Counted from the stretch's first letter, positions 17,624 to 28,613 are shown. The stretch: DNA of 64,000 nucleotides from Candidatus Geocrenenecus sp. JGI 0000106-J15 (GCA_000405685.1 ASPF01000013.1:11055-75054); one strand, 5' to 3'. Made by a program: numbers and translations. Notes: a model not told the origin generated them from the sequence alone.

Positions 17624-18958
17624 ATGAGTGAAATGTCTCGAGACCTCGACGGAGCTTCTATAAACTTCTTCTCAGAAGAAGTTGTAGAGATATTAGAGAA
17701 AGCATGTAGAATTTTTTCTCGCTCCTTCCAGCCTCAATATCCTCTAATTATTAAACAATTAGGTGAAGGAACAGTAATTGATATTAATGAGAATGAATAT
17801 ATAGATTTCACATCTGGAGGTGGAACCCTACTACTAGGTGGAAACCATCCAAAAATCATTGAAGCTATCACAAAACTATTAGAACAGAAGAATCTGTTCA
17901 CTTTCCCGAAATCATACAACAGAGACTTCATAGAATTCATTGAAGAACTCTTAAGAGTCTCACCTATCAGAGATGAAGCTCGAGCATTGATACTTGATTC
18001 TAGATCTGAAGCAGTAGAAGCTGCTATTAGAATAGCTAGACTTTATACTGGGAGAAGATTAATTATAGGGTTTACAGGCTCATATCATGGGCTAACTCTT
18101 GGAGCTCAATCTATATCAACTGATATACCTACAAAATGGAAGAGATTTGAAGAAGCTCCAGGCTTCGTTAAAATTCCTTACCCAGATTGTTCCAGATGCT
18201 TCTTTCATCTCAAAAATAATGAATGCAGGAGAGATTGCCTAGATTATCTTGAAGAGTTTCTCAAGCTAGATATCTTAGAGAATACTGGTGCAATAATTCT
18301 ACAACCATTAAGAAGTGATGGTGTCTCTCCTCCTGAAGAGTATCTTAAGAATCTCAAAAAGATCTGTAGAGAAAACAAGATACTATTAGTTGTAGATGAA
18401 TCATTATCAGCCCCCGCAAGAACAGGTAGATGGTTTATCCTAGATTACTATAATGTAGATGTAGATTGCCTAATTCTGGCCTCACAAATCTCTCAAGGAA
18501 ACCCGATCGGGGTCTTTCTATCGAGAAGCAGACTGCTCGACCTAGAGCCAAATTATCTTGAACCAGAAATTGGCGGAAACATTCTTACAATAACTATAGC
18601 GTCAAAAGTCTTAGAGATATTGAAGGATGAGGGATTAATTGAACGTGCTGAAAGAATTGGTAGGCTGATAAAGAAGAGGCTTGAAGAGCTTAAAGAAGAG
18701 CTTGAGTTCATTTCTAGAATAAATGGAAAAGGAATGTACATAGGATTAGAGCTGGGGGAAGAAGATAAACAATCTAGAATTCTTGGAAGAGAACTTACAA
18801 CCGAATGTTTTAGAAATGGGTTACTACTCAAAATACATAGAGAATCAACTATTGTAATTTCTCCCCCGTTAAATATTAAAGAAGAAGTATTAGAGAAGGG
18901 TTTAGAGATTCTCGATGCTAAGTTAAGAGAGCTGTACAGAGTTAGAGCAAGATTCTAA
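17624..18958 (+). CDS. Class-III PLP-dependent aminotransferase (acetylornithine/GABA aminotransferase family)
   Basis: GFTGSYHG, LLVVDES, ~440 aa, and a family-typical layout. Confidence 0.8.
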   Translation: MSEMSRDLDGASINFFSEEVVEILEKACRIFSRSFQPQYPLIIKQLGEGTVIDINENEYIDFTSGGGTLLLGGNHPKIIEAITKLLEQKNLFTFPKSYNRDFIEFIEELLRVSPIRDEARALILDSRSEAVEAAIRIARLYTGRRLIIGFTGSYHGLTLGAQSISTDIPTKWKRFEEAPGFVKIPYPDCSRCFFHLKNNECRRDCLDYLEEFLKLDILENTGAIILQPLRSDGVSPPEEYLKNLKKICRENKILLVVDESLSAPARTGRWFILDYYNVDVDCLILASQISQGNPIGVFLSRSRLLDLEPNYLEPEIGGNILTITIASKVLEILKDEGLIERAERIGRLIKKRLEELKEELEFISRINGKGMYIGLELGEEDKQSRILGRELTTECFRNGLLLKIHRESTIVISPPLNIKEEVLEKGLEILDAKLRELYRVRARF

Positions 18959-19233
18959 CGTGTTATTTCAAGTTTCTTTAACCTGCTACCTTCTTTATGT
19001 ATAGCATAGTTACATTCTTTACAGATAAGCTTAAGAGTCTGCTTTTGAGTCGTCTTAGACTTCTTGCGTTGGAGTGGATACTTCTGTCCACCATATCCAT
19101 GTAGTTCCCTCTCATGTCTACGTGCACCTGCTGCTAAAGCTCTATCCTTACCCTTCTTGTATAAAGTCACTTTATGCTCAGTATATTTACGGCATCTCGG
19201 ACAATAAGTATTAATTTTTTCAGGGACCTTCAT
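18955..19233 (-). CDS. rpl44e: 50S ribosomal protein L44e
   Basis: YCPRCRKYTEHKV..YKKGKD...GYGGQ....KK.KTT.K..L.L.C..C matches L44e/L36a. Confidence 0.9.
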   Translation of the reverse strand: MKVPEKINTYCPRCRKYTEHKVTLYKKGKDRALAAGARRHERELHGYGGQKYPLQRKKSKTTQKQTLKLICKECNYAIHKEGSRLKKLEITR

Positions 19234-19338
19234 GCTGAGAAGAATTAAATGCTACTGATTATTAAATTTCTCTCTTTATAATCTTACCCAGCGATCAAAT
19301 GGAATTAGAGGAGTTGTATCTCATGTTTCGATATTTTC

Positions 19339-19890
19339 TCACTCTAGGTAGGTTTCTTTAAGTCTTCTTAGCATTCTAACCTGTTTCTCATGTTCTTCTC
19401 CTATTTCTTTTTCTTCAAATTCTTTAAATCTATCCATAATCTCTACTTGAACCTCTATAGGAATATATTGGTCTGCTAGATTAAATAGTATATTGTCTTC
19501 TTTCCATATATGTTGTTCAAGAAGAGAGATATAGTTTCTAGCATTTTCAATGAATTCATCTAAAGCTATTCGAGAACCTTGTTTATATTTCTCAACAGCT
19601 TTATTCATAGCTTTAACATAACTCCTCCCTTCTTCATGCTCTATTAACATAACAGCTATAGGACCACCATCCCTAGGTATGCCAGCATCCTCCAAGGCTG
19701 GAAATAGAATGTTTTCTTCTTTTCCATGATGACATTTATCTGCAAATGTCTTGATGAAATTTAATATCTTCTCCAAATCTTCTACTGAGACATTTTGTTC
19801 TAAAGTAGCCTTACTGATAATCTTATCCAAGATGGATAGCATCTCTTTAATCTCTACATGCTCATTCTTCAAAACATCCGTAGGCTTCAT
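19339..19890 (-). CDS. Hemerythrin-like (HHE cation-binding) domain protein
   Basis: LKNEHVEI, HHGKEENILFP, MLIEHEEGR and EQHIWKEDN repeats of His/Glu ligands. Confidence 0.7.
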   Translation of the reverse strand: MKPTDVLKNEHVEIKEMLSILDKIISKATLEQNVSVEDLEKILNFIKTFADKCHHGKEENILFPALEDAGIPRDGGPIAVMLIEHEEGRSYVKAMNKAVEKYKQGSRIALDEFIENARNYISLLEQHIWKEDNILFNLADQYIPIEVQVEIMDRFKEFEEKEIGEEHEKQVRMLRRLKETYLE

Positions 19891-20090
19891 AAATAATTCC
19901 AGTTATAAAAAAGACTTTTCAGATTTAAACCTCTCGTGATGACAAGTTATCAAGTAATTCAAAGTCAATCCACTTCTAGAATGCGTCTATTAAGGTTTGA
20001 TGATAATATTTTCTTGTTATGTTGAAAAGACCTGTAAGTAGATAGGATATATATTCGATGAGAACATGTAATTCTAGGTAGTGATGGATT

Positions 20091-20747
20091 ATGTTGTTGA
20101 TTGAAAGAATCATAGTCGGCTCATTGATGAGTAATGTGTATCTCGTCTTTGATAACGTCACGAATGAGGGAATTTTGATAGATGCTGGAGACGATGCAGA
20201 CAAGATCATAGAAGTCATAAAGAAGAATAATGTTGAAGTAAAAAGAATATATGCTACTCACGGACACTTCGACCATGTATTAGCTATCGGAGAACTAAAA
20301 GACTACTTAGAATGTAAATTCTATATACATCAAGACGATTCACCAATAGTTGAAAAAGCTGCAGAATCTTGTAGAAGGCTGCTTGGAAGAGGATGTAGTG
20401 ATCCTCCTAGACCAGATGGATATGTTAAAGATGGAGATAAGATAACGGTTGGAGAAAATGTAATTAGAGTATTGCATACACCAGGTCATACGCCAGGTAG
20501 CGTATCATATCTAACAGATGACGTTGTATTCACTGGAGACACCCTCTTCGCTGGAGCTATCGGTAGGCATGATTTCCCTGGAGGAAACTTAGAGCAGCTT
20601 CTTAAATCACTAAATAAGCTATTGAATCTACCAGACCATTACTCAGTTTATCCTGGCCATGGCCCCTCAACAACTATAGGTGTAGAGAGGATCTATAATC
20701 CATTCATAGGCTTGAGAGGACTATATAGAGAAGGTAAGAAGATATAG
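20091..20747 (+). CDS. MBL-fold hydrolase (hydroxyacylglutathione hydrolase-like)
   Basis: ATHGHFDHV, HTPGHTPGS, TGDTLF and GHG motifs. Confidence 0.8.
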   Translation: MLLIERIIVGSLMSNVYLVFDNVTNEGILIDAGDDADKIIEVIKKNNVEVKRIYATHGHFDHVLAIGELKDYLECKFYIHQDDSPIVEKAAESCRRLLGRGCSDPPRPDGYVKDGDKITVGENVIRVLHTPGHTPGSVSYLTDDVVFTGDTLFAGAIGRHDFPGGNLEQLLKSLNKLLNLPDHYSVYPGHGPSTTIGVERIYNPFIGLRGLYREGKKI

Positions 20748-20784
20748 TATAGGTTTATATGATAAGAATATATGAAGTGAAGTG

Positions 20785-20928
20785 ATGAATATTTCAAAAT
20801 TATTGAGAAGATTTATTGTAATGCTTTTCGCAGGTATAGGGTTGTCTATTAACTGGAATCTAGTCTCTAATTACTCAGCAATAGTTGCCGCAGGCTTTAT
20901 AGCATATCTGTTATGTGAATTATACTAG
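20785..20928 (+). CDS. Possible 47-aa small membrane protein
   Basis: MNISKLLRRFIVMLFAGIGLSINWNLVSNYSAIVAAGFIAYLLCELY has two hydrophobic segments. There is no homology evidence. Confidence 0.2.
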   Translation: MNISKLLRRFIVMLFAGIGLSINWNLVSNYSAIVAAGFIAYLLCELY

Positions 20929-20944
20929 TTAGGAAAACATGTGA

Positions 20945-22093
20945 ATGCAGAAAGTGGAGAGACGGTATTTGAGAAACATATCTTCACTTGAACTGAAACT
21001 GCATGCTTCAGCTTTTATAGTAGGGCTTGGATTATCTGCTCCAGCATATTTCATCCCTATATTTCTCCAGAAACTAGGGGCAAGCTATACCTTGATCGGT
21101 ATTATGGGAAGCATTAGGTCAACTCCATACGCTATTCTACCTATACTGACAGGCTTTATCATGAGCAGATATGATATGAGGAAATTGTATATCCTCAGTT
21201 CAATTTTATCATTCATAGGCTTCATCCTCTTATCATTCTCCCAAAGCTACTTAGAGATAGGTTTAGCTAACTTTTTACTAGGCATATCAATGGTGTTCTA
21301 CTGGCCTATAGCTGAATCTATTATTGCTGAATTCTTTCCAGAAGACTCGAAGTGGAAGGTATACTCAAGCTTTTCTGCTTCGTGGTCTACAGCATACTTT
21401 CTTGGACCTATATTAGGAGGAGCATTAGCAGAGTTAGCTGACCTTAGAACTTTATTCGCTATTTCAGGAGTTATATGTGCAGTAGCTATTCCATTGATGT
21501 ATCTTATGGGTGAGCTACGTCTAAAAAATATTAGCAAGATAAAATTCAAAGATGGAAAATTCATTCATATCTGGCCTCTGTATGTTACTGTCTTCCTCTT
21601 TGCAATCGGCATGGCATGTCTTATTCTTCTCGCCCCCTCATATTTCTATGAAACTGGATGGAGCAATTTTATGGTTGGAGCGATCTTCACAGTATTTGGA
21701 ATAGCTAGAACTATCGGGTACCTATGGTTAAGCAGGCTTAAGAAGATAGATGAAGCTAAAACACTAACATTATCGATAGTATTACAATCACTAGTGATAT
21801 TTCTACTAGTCTACACCCGTCCTGAGATACTGTTTCCGGTATTAGCTGTCGCAGGAATTATCAATGGAGCATACTTTGTTGCATCATTTAGCGTTATTAG
21901 CAAGAAAGTTGAGTCTGGATACAGAAGTATCTCAATTGGTTTTCTTGAGAGTATAATAGGGGTTGGATTTATTATTGGACCAGCATTTGTTGGTTTACTA
22001 CTAGACTACCTAAATGTATGGATGGCTTTCACGATAACATCTCTTGTAATCTTATCAGCTTTACCACTAGTATTGATCTTGAAGAAACTTTAG
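20945..22093 (+). CDS. MFS transporter
   Basis: About 12 predicted TM segments, in two halves separated by a basic loop (GELRLKNISKIKFKDGK). Confidence 0.7.
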   Translation: MQKVERRYLRNISSLELKLHASAFIVGLGLSAPAYFIPIFLQKLGASYTLIGIMGSIRSTPYAILPILTGFIMSRYDMRKLYILSSILSFIGFILLSFSQSYLEIGLANFLLGISMVFYWPIAESIIAEFFPEDSKWKVYSSFSASWSTAYFLGPILGGALAELADLRTLFAISGVICAVAIPLMYLMGELRLKNISKIKFKDGKFIHIWPLYVTVFLFAIGMACLILLAPSYFYETGWSNFMVGAIFTVFGIARTIGYLWLSRLKKIDEAKTLTLSIVLQSLVIFLLVYTRPEILFPVLAVAGIINGAYFVASFSVISKKVESGYRSISIGFLESIIGVGFIIGPAFVGLLLDYLNVWMAFTITSLVILSALPLVLILKKL

Positions 22094-22101
22094 TATACTC
22101 T

Positions 22102-23169
22102 TCAGGTAAGACTACATATAGATGTATTCTCTCTAACAAATCTATTAAACACTATTTCAGCGATAACTTTACATTCATTAGCAACGTATCCAAGGGCCCA
22201 TGAGATGTATCTGGCTGAAGGAAGTACTCTCGGGTCACCTGTTAATGCAAGGCTTGTCCTACTTAGTCTAATGTTTTCATCGATTTCTTTAATTACTTCA
22301 TCCGCTATGTTGATGTCAAGACTGAAGAAAGCTTTCATACACTTATCAAATATTTCTTGTACTCTATCCGCCATCTTTCGAAGCTCTACCGATACATTTT
22401 TATCAAGCCATAAACCCCTCCGCTTCAGGTTCAAGCATTCATGTGAAACATCGTAAATATAATCTGCGATTTCTTCAAGAGATTTAACAGCTATCCTAGC
22501 ACCTACTACGTATAGAGGACTATCTACTCCGAGTATTTTTCCAAGTTCTCTTCTTCTAAGATAGGTGAAGAGTAGTCTTACTATAAGAAAGTATAATTCA
22601 TCTATTCTTTCTTCTTGTTTCTCAATATTCTTTATTATGTTTTCATCACCCATACTTATTAAGTCTGATAGCTGACTGAGCATAGATGATACCATGACCT
22701 GGAATCTCTTTAGTAATCCTTCAATCGGGAATCTACCAGGATCAATGAAGCTCTGGATTAATATGTTTTGAGGGTTATGTTCTACTATCTCAAAAGCTGG
22801 TAGTCTATCAATAATCTTTGATATTTCATCGGTTTGTTCTGTTGTAAAGCCTTTCATAGATTCTATCTTAACAACATCATATCCTTGGACATAGCATCCA
22901 ATTATCATTCTAGCAAGCTGAACAGAAGAAGTACATAACTCGGCGTTTATAGTTGCAGTCAACTCTCTCTGCATCTTGACGGGAGGCTGAATCTTTAGAG
23001 AACCATCTGGCTCCTCGATAATGGCCAGCATATCTCCTCTCTTCAACCCTTTCTCAACAACCCATTGCTTAGGAAGGGTTATACTATATGTTCCCTCGCC
23101 TACTTGCTGTATCCTCCTATACTGTTCGCTTGTCTCCACGCTCTTTCGCCTATATACACCTATATACAT
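22102..23169 (-). CDS. AbrB/SpoVT-domain plus PhoU-domain regulator (archaeal PhoU-like phosphate uptake regulator)
   Basis: N-terminal GTYSITLPKQWVVEKGLKRGDML (AbrB swapped hairpin), followed by two helical PhoU-like repeats. Confidence 0.7.
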   Translation of the reverse strand: MYIGVYRRKSVETSEQYRRIQQVGEGTYSITLPKQWVVEKGLKRGDMLAIIEEPDGSLKIQPPVKMQRELTATINAELCTSSVQLARMIIGCYVQGYDVVKIESMKGFTTEQTDEISKIIDRLPAFEIVEHNPQNILIQSFIDPGRFPIEGLLKRFQVMVSSMLSQLSDLISMGDENIIKNIEKQEERIDELYFLIVRLLFTYLRRRELGKILGVDSPLYVVGARIAVKSLEEIADYIYDVSHECLNLKRRGLWLDKNVSVELRKMADRVQEIFDKCMKAFFSLDINIADEVIKEIDENIRLSRTSLALTGDPRVLPSARYISWALGYVANECKVIAEIVFNRFVRENTSICSLT

Positions 23170-23228
23170 CTATTAGATAAAATTTAAGAGCTTCTAGAAA
23201 CAGTCTTATAGCAGGAGGCGAGGGCAAG

Positions 23229-23465
23229 ATGTTGTTAGAACAGCCAAAAATGTCTCTAAGGAGGAGTTATGCAAACGGCTATAAATATTGTTCAAGATGC
23301 AGGGTCTACTACCTGACAGACAGTGTTAGATGCCCATACTGCGGAATACTCTTAAGGAATTCACCTAGAAAAAAGAAATCTCTCAGAAATACAAAGGTTA
23401 TAAAAGTTCCCCCAGAGATAGAGAAAGAGTCTAGTAAATTAGAAGTAGCTATAAAGACGGCGTAA
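23229..23465 (+). CDS. Small zinc-ribbon protein
   Basis: CSRC..(13)..CPYCG followed by a basic tail. Confidence 0.35.
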   Translation: MLLEQPKMSLRRSYANGYKYCSRCRVYYLTDSVRCPYCGILLRNSPRKKKSLRNTKVIKVPPEIEKESSKLEVAIKTA

Positions 23466-23573
23466 GATAAGGTACCTCAACAGGCAATCTGCAGAAATCA
23501 TTAAGCATCGTCAACAACCCCCACTAAGACTGTTAATGATTTATATTTAGATTGAATAACTACTGTCAGGGTT

Positions 23574-24707
23574 ATGGTTAGTGTAGAATATGTCGTAGAG
23601 CTTACAAGAAGGCTGATAAGAATTAATAGTGAAAATCCTCCTGGAAGAGAATTCGATGCTGCAAGTTTCGTAGCAGATGAATTAGCGAAAATTGGGATGA
23701 AGACAGTAGTTGATAGATTTGAAGATTCGAGAGCTAATGTAATCGGAGTATATGGAGAAGAAAACATTCATCCATCAATAATGTTGAACACCCATTTGGA
23801 TACTGTCCCAGTAGGAGATAGAGAAAGATGGAGTTTTCCACCCTTCAGTGGAGAAGTAAGAGATGGCAGGATATACGGTAGAGGAGCAGTAGATGCTAAA
23901 GGAATTTTAGCATCATTTCTTGGAGCTTTAAAAGAACTAGCTGATAAAGATTGGCCAATAAGAGGCAGAGTAGTTCTAGCTGCAGTAGCAGATGAGGAAG
24001 TAGAAGGTAAAGGTACTAAGAAACTAGTTGCAGCCGGTTTAAGAACAGATTATGCAATAGTTGGAGAACCTACATCACTTAATGTATGTACAGCTCATAA
24101 AGGAAGAGTAGTAGTTCAAGTAGATTTTCATGGACGATCAGCCCATGCAAGTACACCATCTAAAGGGAAGAATGCAATATACTATGCATCTGAATTTATA
24201 AGAAGAATCCAGAAAACGAAATTTACAGAGAAGCATGAACTTCTAGGTCATCCAACATGCACTGTTACATTGATTAAAGGTGGAGTTAAAGATAATGTCA
24301 TCCCAGATAAGTGTACAGTAACCTTAGACCTCAGAATACTTCCCTCGATGAAGCTTAACCAAGTATTAAAAAAGATTGGAAGGCTTATAGAGAAAGATAC
24401 ACATAAGAAAGATTATCATATTAGAATAGTAAATTATATCTCACCTGCAGAAACATCTTCTAGTGATGCCTTAGTGAGAATAGCTCTAAAAACAATAAAT
24501 GAAATAACAGGTAAAAAGACTAGGGTTCGAGGGTTCCCTGCCACATGTGATATGAGCTTCCTAGTTAATCAAGCAAGGATACCTACAATCATTCTAGGTC
24601 CAGGAAAAATAGGAGATGCACACATAATAGATGAATCTATAAATGTAATAGAACTAGTTGATGCTTCAAAGATATATTTGAAGATACTAGAGAAGATTCT
24701 TTCATAA
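23574..24707 (+). CDS. M20 family metallopeptidase (ArgE/DapE/LysK-type deacylase)
   Basis: LNTHLDTVP, GRGAVDAKG, ADEEVEG, GEPT and HGRSAHAS motifs. Confidence 0.85.
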   Translation: MVSVEYVVELTRRLIRINSENPPGREFDAASFVADELAKIGMKTVVDRFEDSRANVIGVYGEENIHPSIMLNTHLDTVPVGDRERWSFPPFSGEVRDGRIYGRGAVDAKGILASFLGALKELADKDWPIRGRVVLAAVADEEVEGKGTKKLVAAGLRTDYAIVGEPTSLNVCTAHKGRVVVQVDFHGRSAHASTPSKGKNAIYYASEFIRRIQKTKFTEKHELLGHPTCTVTLIKGGVKDNVIPDKCTVTLDLRILPSMKLNQVLKKIGRLIEKDTHKKDYHIRIVNYISPAETSSSDALVRIALKTINEITGKKTRVRGFPATCDMSFLVNQARIPTIILGPGKIGDAHIIDESINVIELVDASKIYLKILEKILS

Positions 24708-24744
24708 TAGATTTTCCTCAGGTCTAGTTAACTATAAAAGAAGT

Positions 24745-25758
24745 CTACATCTTACGTCCTGTAACATTCATAACTTTAAGAAAGTCTCTTATCCTTGCTT
24801 GAATACCATATCTCTCCTCTCTAAATCTCATATGTAGATATATCTTAAAGAGTAGTATCCAGTCCCTCTCAAGATTAAACTTACCAGTCAATTTTTTGCG
24901 GATAAATTCAAAAACAGTAACGTATGGTTTAAACATCTTTAGAATAGTTTTCCGATATCTTTCAAGATTATCTAGGTTCTCGAGAAGTGCTTCTGCAGAA
25001 TATAAGCTTGGAATGATTCCTTCACCTAGCATTGGGTATACTGTTCCGATAGATTCGCCTACTCCTACGATGTTCTCGATATAGAATGGTTGACAATAGA
25101 GTGGAGGAGTAATCCTAACAGGTCTACCGATCCTCATTAAGACTTCACCTCCATGCTTCTTAACAAATTCATTTACGATTCTACAATGTCTATTAAAGTA
25201 GTCGCCTGCACCAACATGGTATACGTTTCCACCAAGAGGGAAATACCATAAATATCCAGAAAGCTCTTTGAAAGGCTTAATATAGAAATCATCAAAGGGA
25301 GGGTTACTAAACTTTACACGATATTCTAATGTTGGAATAAAATACTCATTCTTGCTCCGTCCTAGAAGAGATCTGTTAAATCCAGTTGAATCTATGATTA
25401 AGTCATAATCGTTAAGTGCAGACGATACTCTTACACCGAATTTTACCTTAGAATCTCTTATCAAATCTTCCTCAAACTTTTTTTTATCAAAGGTGCATAG
25501 CCCCCTCAACTTGATGTGATAAAGCTCTCTACCAAGGTCTACTATCATCTCTCTACCAGTAAAGAGTAGATATTCTTCGAAGCTCAACCCTACCTTCTTA
25601 GCGAAATCCTTCATCACGTTTCTAGAGGTGCCCCATGCACATATAGGAAAATATCTAGAACGGTCAAGCATCTCGAATCCTTCGACTTCATGTTCTTCTC
25701 TAAGTCTTGATAGAAGATATGAGCCCGCTATGCCTACACCTACAACAGCAACCCTCAA
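24745..25758 (-). CDS. FAD-dependent oxidoreductase, geranylgeranyl reductase family
   Basis: N-terminal dinucleotide fold VAVVGVGIAGSYL; ~337 aa; C-terminal GVGESIG. Confidence 0.55.
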   Translation of the reverse strand: MRVAVVGVGIAGSYLLSRLREEHEVEGFEMLDRSRYFPICAWGTSRNVMKDFAKKVGLSFEEYLLFTGREMIVDLGRELYHIKLRGLCTFDKKKFEEDLIRDSKVKFGVRVSSALNDYDLIIDSTGFNRSLLGRSKNEYFIPTLEYRVKFSNPPFDDFYIKPFKELSGYLWYFPLGGNVYHVGAGDYFNRHCRIVNEFVKKHGGEVLMRIGRPVRITPPLYCQPFYIENIVGVGESIGTVYPMLGEGIIPSLYSAEALLENLDNLERYRKTILKMFKPYVTVFEFIRKKLTGKFNLERDWILLFKIYLHMRFREERYGIQARIRDFLKVMNVTGRKM

Positions 25759-25891
25759 AGCTAAAAAATATTACAAACATTGAAATTTAAACTCTAATAA
25801 ATTAAAACAATTTGAAAAAGTGGAATAGGTAGAAGCCTCTAAGAAGAATATAGATAAGAATTAAATTTAACCATTAAATATCTAGAAGGTA

Positions 25892-25965
25892 GGGCCCGTA
25901 GCTCAGCCTGGTAGAGCAGCGGGCTCATAACCCGTTGGTCGTGGGTTCGAATCCCACCGGGCCCA
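25892..25965 (+). tRNA. tRNA with CAU anticodon (elongator Met, or Ile2 if modified)
   Basis: The cloverleaf is GGGCCCG/TA/GCTC-AGCCTGGTA-GAGC/A/GCGGG-CTCATAA-CCCGT/TGGTC/GTGGG-TTCGAAT-CCCAC/CGGGCCC/A. G1:C72 argues against an initiator. CCA is not encoded. Confidence 0.9.
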
Positions 25966-26032
25966 TGCAATTCTACTTAATATAATACCATTTACTATAA
26001 TGAGCCAGCATAGAGGGTTTGGGTGATTTGTA

Positions 26033-27424
26033 GTGAAGTTCTCTAGCCCTGTGATTAAGTTTGCTGGAATACTTTTCGGGCTGGTTATACTCTCGAATCT
26101 ACTGAATTTGAATAACATTCAGATGTTTTCTCTACTTATATTGGGAAGTATGATTGGAGCAACCTTAATGTTCTGGAGATACAGAGTCTTATTTGCATTT
26201 ATTGCTTTATCTTTCATGTTAGGTGTGGGTTTAATAGAAGTAAGGCTAATAAAGGATTTCGCTCAACTTGATACTATACTTTTCCTAGCATCTATGATGG
26301 TTATAGTTGGGTATCTTGAAGAAAAAAGATTCTTTGAAGTATTAATGGATAGATTAGTCGGAATTATTGGAGATAAACCTGCTCTCGTCATGATCTTCTT
26401 CTTGGTTATGTCTGCTTTTCTCGCTGCACTAGTAGATGAAGTTACATCTATCTTGATAATGGTTGCAATTATCTTGGACTATACTTCAAGATACAAGATT
26501 AACCCTGTCCCCTTTATCGTCATGTCTATATTCGCAACGAATATAGGAAGCTCAGCAACTGTCGTTGGAAATCCAGTCGGAGTAATGATAGCATTCAATG
26601 CGAAGCTAAGCTTTATAGAATTTCTTAGATGGGCTACGCCGATTGCCATAGCGTCTCTTTTTCTCACCTTGGTAATTGTCCGCATCGTATTCAAGAATGA
26701 GATAATGAGATTAGAGAAAACGGTATTAGATGAAAGAGGTAAAAGTAAGGAAATAGAAGAAGTGGTCCGAAATATACCTGACATCCGTATACCTGCAATA
26801 GTTTTTCTTGCAACTATACTTGGTTTAGTCTTCCATACACCATTAGAAGAATTGCTTGGACTGGAAAAGAATTCTATGCTTCTAGGAGTTCCATTCTTTT
26901 TCGCTGGAATAGTACTCTTTTTTGAAAGGGAACATGCAAGAGAGATAGTAGAGAGAAGAATTGATTGGTGGACGCTAATGTTTTTCTTAATATTCTTTGC
27001 AAGCGTAGGTACATTGAAACATGTTGGAACAGTAGATGTACTAGCTAAAGTAGTTTATAACTCTACAGGAGGAGTTCTCGAATACATAATCTTAACTATA
27101 CTTTTTGCTGGTGGACTTATGACAGCTTTCATGGATAATGTTTTAGCAGTTGCTACATGGATACCTATAATACAGACTATGGGAGGACTAGGAGTAAACA
27201 CCTACCCGCTTTGGTGGGCGCTATTATTCACTGGAACTTTCTGGGGGAACTTAACCTTGATTGGGAGCACAGCTAACATAGTAGCAATAGGAGCCTTAGA
27301 GAAAAGAATTGGAATACATCTTACTCTAAGGTACTGGATACCGTATGGAGTTGCTGTAACTCTACCAACCATCGGACTTGCTACATTAATGCTGATGATC
27401 CAGTTACCTTTAATGTCTGCTTAA
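26033..27424 (+). CDS. Ion/anion permease of the ArsB/NhaD (CitMHS/SLC13-like) superfamily
   Basis: Two hydrophobic halves separated by a charged loop (ERGKSKEIEEVVRN), ~12 TM segments, and family-like LVDEVTS and GNLTLIGSTAN segments. Confidence 0.6.
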   Translation: MKFSSPVIKFAGILFGLVILSNLLNLNNIQMFSLLILGSMIGATLMFWRYRVLFAFIALSFMLGVGLIEVRLIKDFAQLDTILFLASMMVIVGYLEEKRFFEVLMDRLVGIIGDKPALVMIFFLVMSAFLAALVDEVTSILIMVAIILDYTSRYKINPVPFIVMSIFATNIGSSATVVGNPVGVMIAFNAKLSFIEFLRWATPIAIASLFLTLVIVRIVFKNEIMRLEKTVLDERGKSKEIEEVVRNIPDIRIPAIVFLATILGLVFHTPLEELLGLEKNSMLLGVPFFFAGIVLFFEREHAREIVERRIDWWTLMFFLIFFASVGTLKHVGTVDVLAKVVYNSTGGVLEYIILTILFAGGLMTAFMDNVLAVATWIPIIQTMGGLGVNTYPLWWALLFTGTFWGNLTLIGSTANIVAIGALEKRIGIHLTLRYWIPYGVAVTLPTIGLATLMLMIQLPLMSA

Positions 27425-27729
27425 TCTCCTTTAATGCAGGCCATAATTAAAGGATGGTCATCTCTCAAGGTAATCCAAACTTCAAAACCATGTCTTAACA
27501 AGGTTGTAATAACATCACCATATGGAAAACGTACAGGATCTATAACTTCTATACTAAAACCTCCATACTCTGTATTCATTATAGCCGTCCCCGATACTAT
27601 CAGCTCAATACTTTCTCTTACATCACGGACAGACTTAACCTCTTTTTCACCCAAGGATGCAGTATCACTCTGCCTATAACTTTGTCCACACTCTTTATTC
27701 TTACTCTTCAATCCATCAAGATGATCCAT
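27421..27729 (-). CDS. Hypothetical protein
   Basis: ORF only; no recognisable motif. Confidence 0.3.
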   Translation of the reverse strand: MDHLDGLKSKNKECGQSYRQSDTASLGEKEVKSVRDVRESIELIVSGTAIMNTEYGGFSIEVIDPVRFPYGDVITTLLRHGFEVWITLRDDHPLIMACIKGD

Positions 27730-28058
27730 AGGTCTCTAATAAGTCTTAATTAACTACATACAGAAACAAGTTTATAAATTTCAAGATAATTCTTCGAGGA
27801 CCTTATTTTAATCCTACGTGTCGGTGAGGTGAAGATGTAACTAAGATTATAAGGTCAACTCCATTATTCAAAATCATCATGTAAAGGCTAGTATCTCTCA
27901 ATGAGAATTATTGACAGAGATTTTTCATCTAAAATATTTTGGACCGATATATTCGTCTGAGACTTCTATATAAATCATTAAGAGTAATCTACATCTCTAG
28001 AACACAATTCAGTAGCTTGGCAATTACAGCTTTACTAGAAATGTTTATTTTGTAAGCA

Positions 28059-28613
28059 ATGATTAATTTTTTGAGGCTCTTCATGATGGATCTCTTAAGT
28101 ATTATTAAAGGTAGGAGGTCTATAAGGAGTTTTCAAGATAAAGAGATACCAGAAGATCATCTCCTAGCAATCCTAGAAGCTGGAATATGGGCTCCTTCTG
28201 GAAGTAATATTCAGCCTTGGGAGTTTATACTTGTCAATGACTCTACATTGATCAAGAAGATTAAGCTTTTATCTCCTGGATTGTATGGTGTACCTAAAGC
28301 ATTGATAATTCTATGCATGAATAAGAAGAGAACAGAGAAGGCTGGGAGGCTTGGGCCAAGCTTAGCAGTCATGGATATATCGATGGCCGCTCAAAACATG
28401 ATGCTGATGGCTTACTCTCTAGGAATAGGGTCCTGCCCGATAGTATCATTCAATAAATCAGGCTTAAGAGAATTACTCGAAATACCTGAAGAAGTTGACC
28501 CAGTCTTAATGATTAGTTTAGGTTATCCTGATGAATGGCCACGTGCACCTGAGAAAAGACCCTTGGAAGAGGTGGTGCATGTAAATGCATATGGAAAAAA
28601 TCTTAGAAGATAA
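28059..28613 (+). CDS. Nitroreductase family protein
   Basis: RRSIRSFQDKEIP..L..ILEAGIWAPSGSNIQPW. The likely start is at the internal MMDLL. Confidence 0.8.
   Translation: MINFLRLFMMDLLSIIKGRRSIRSFQDKEIPEDHLLAILEAGIWAPSGSNIQPWEFILVNDSTLIKKIKLLSPGLYGVPKALIILCMNKKRTEKAGRLGPSLAVMDISMAAQNMMLMAYSLGIGSCPIVSFNKSGLRELLEIPEEVDPVLMISLGYPDEWPRAPEKRPLEEVVHVNAYGKNLRR

Noticed and set aside
25903-26118. ORFs translating across tRNA genes (25903-26118 and 30751-30972)
   Set aside because: The protein-like segments (..WDSNPRPTGYEPAALPG and ..RALNPRPPG) are simply translations of tRNA T-arm and acceptor sequences.
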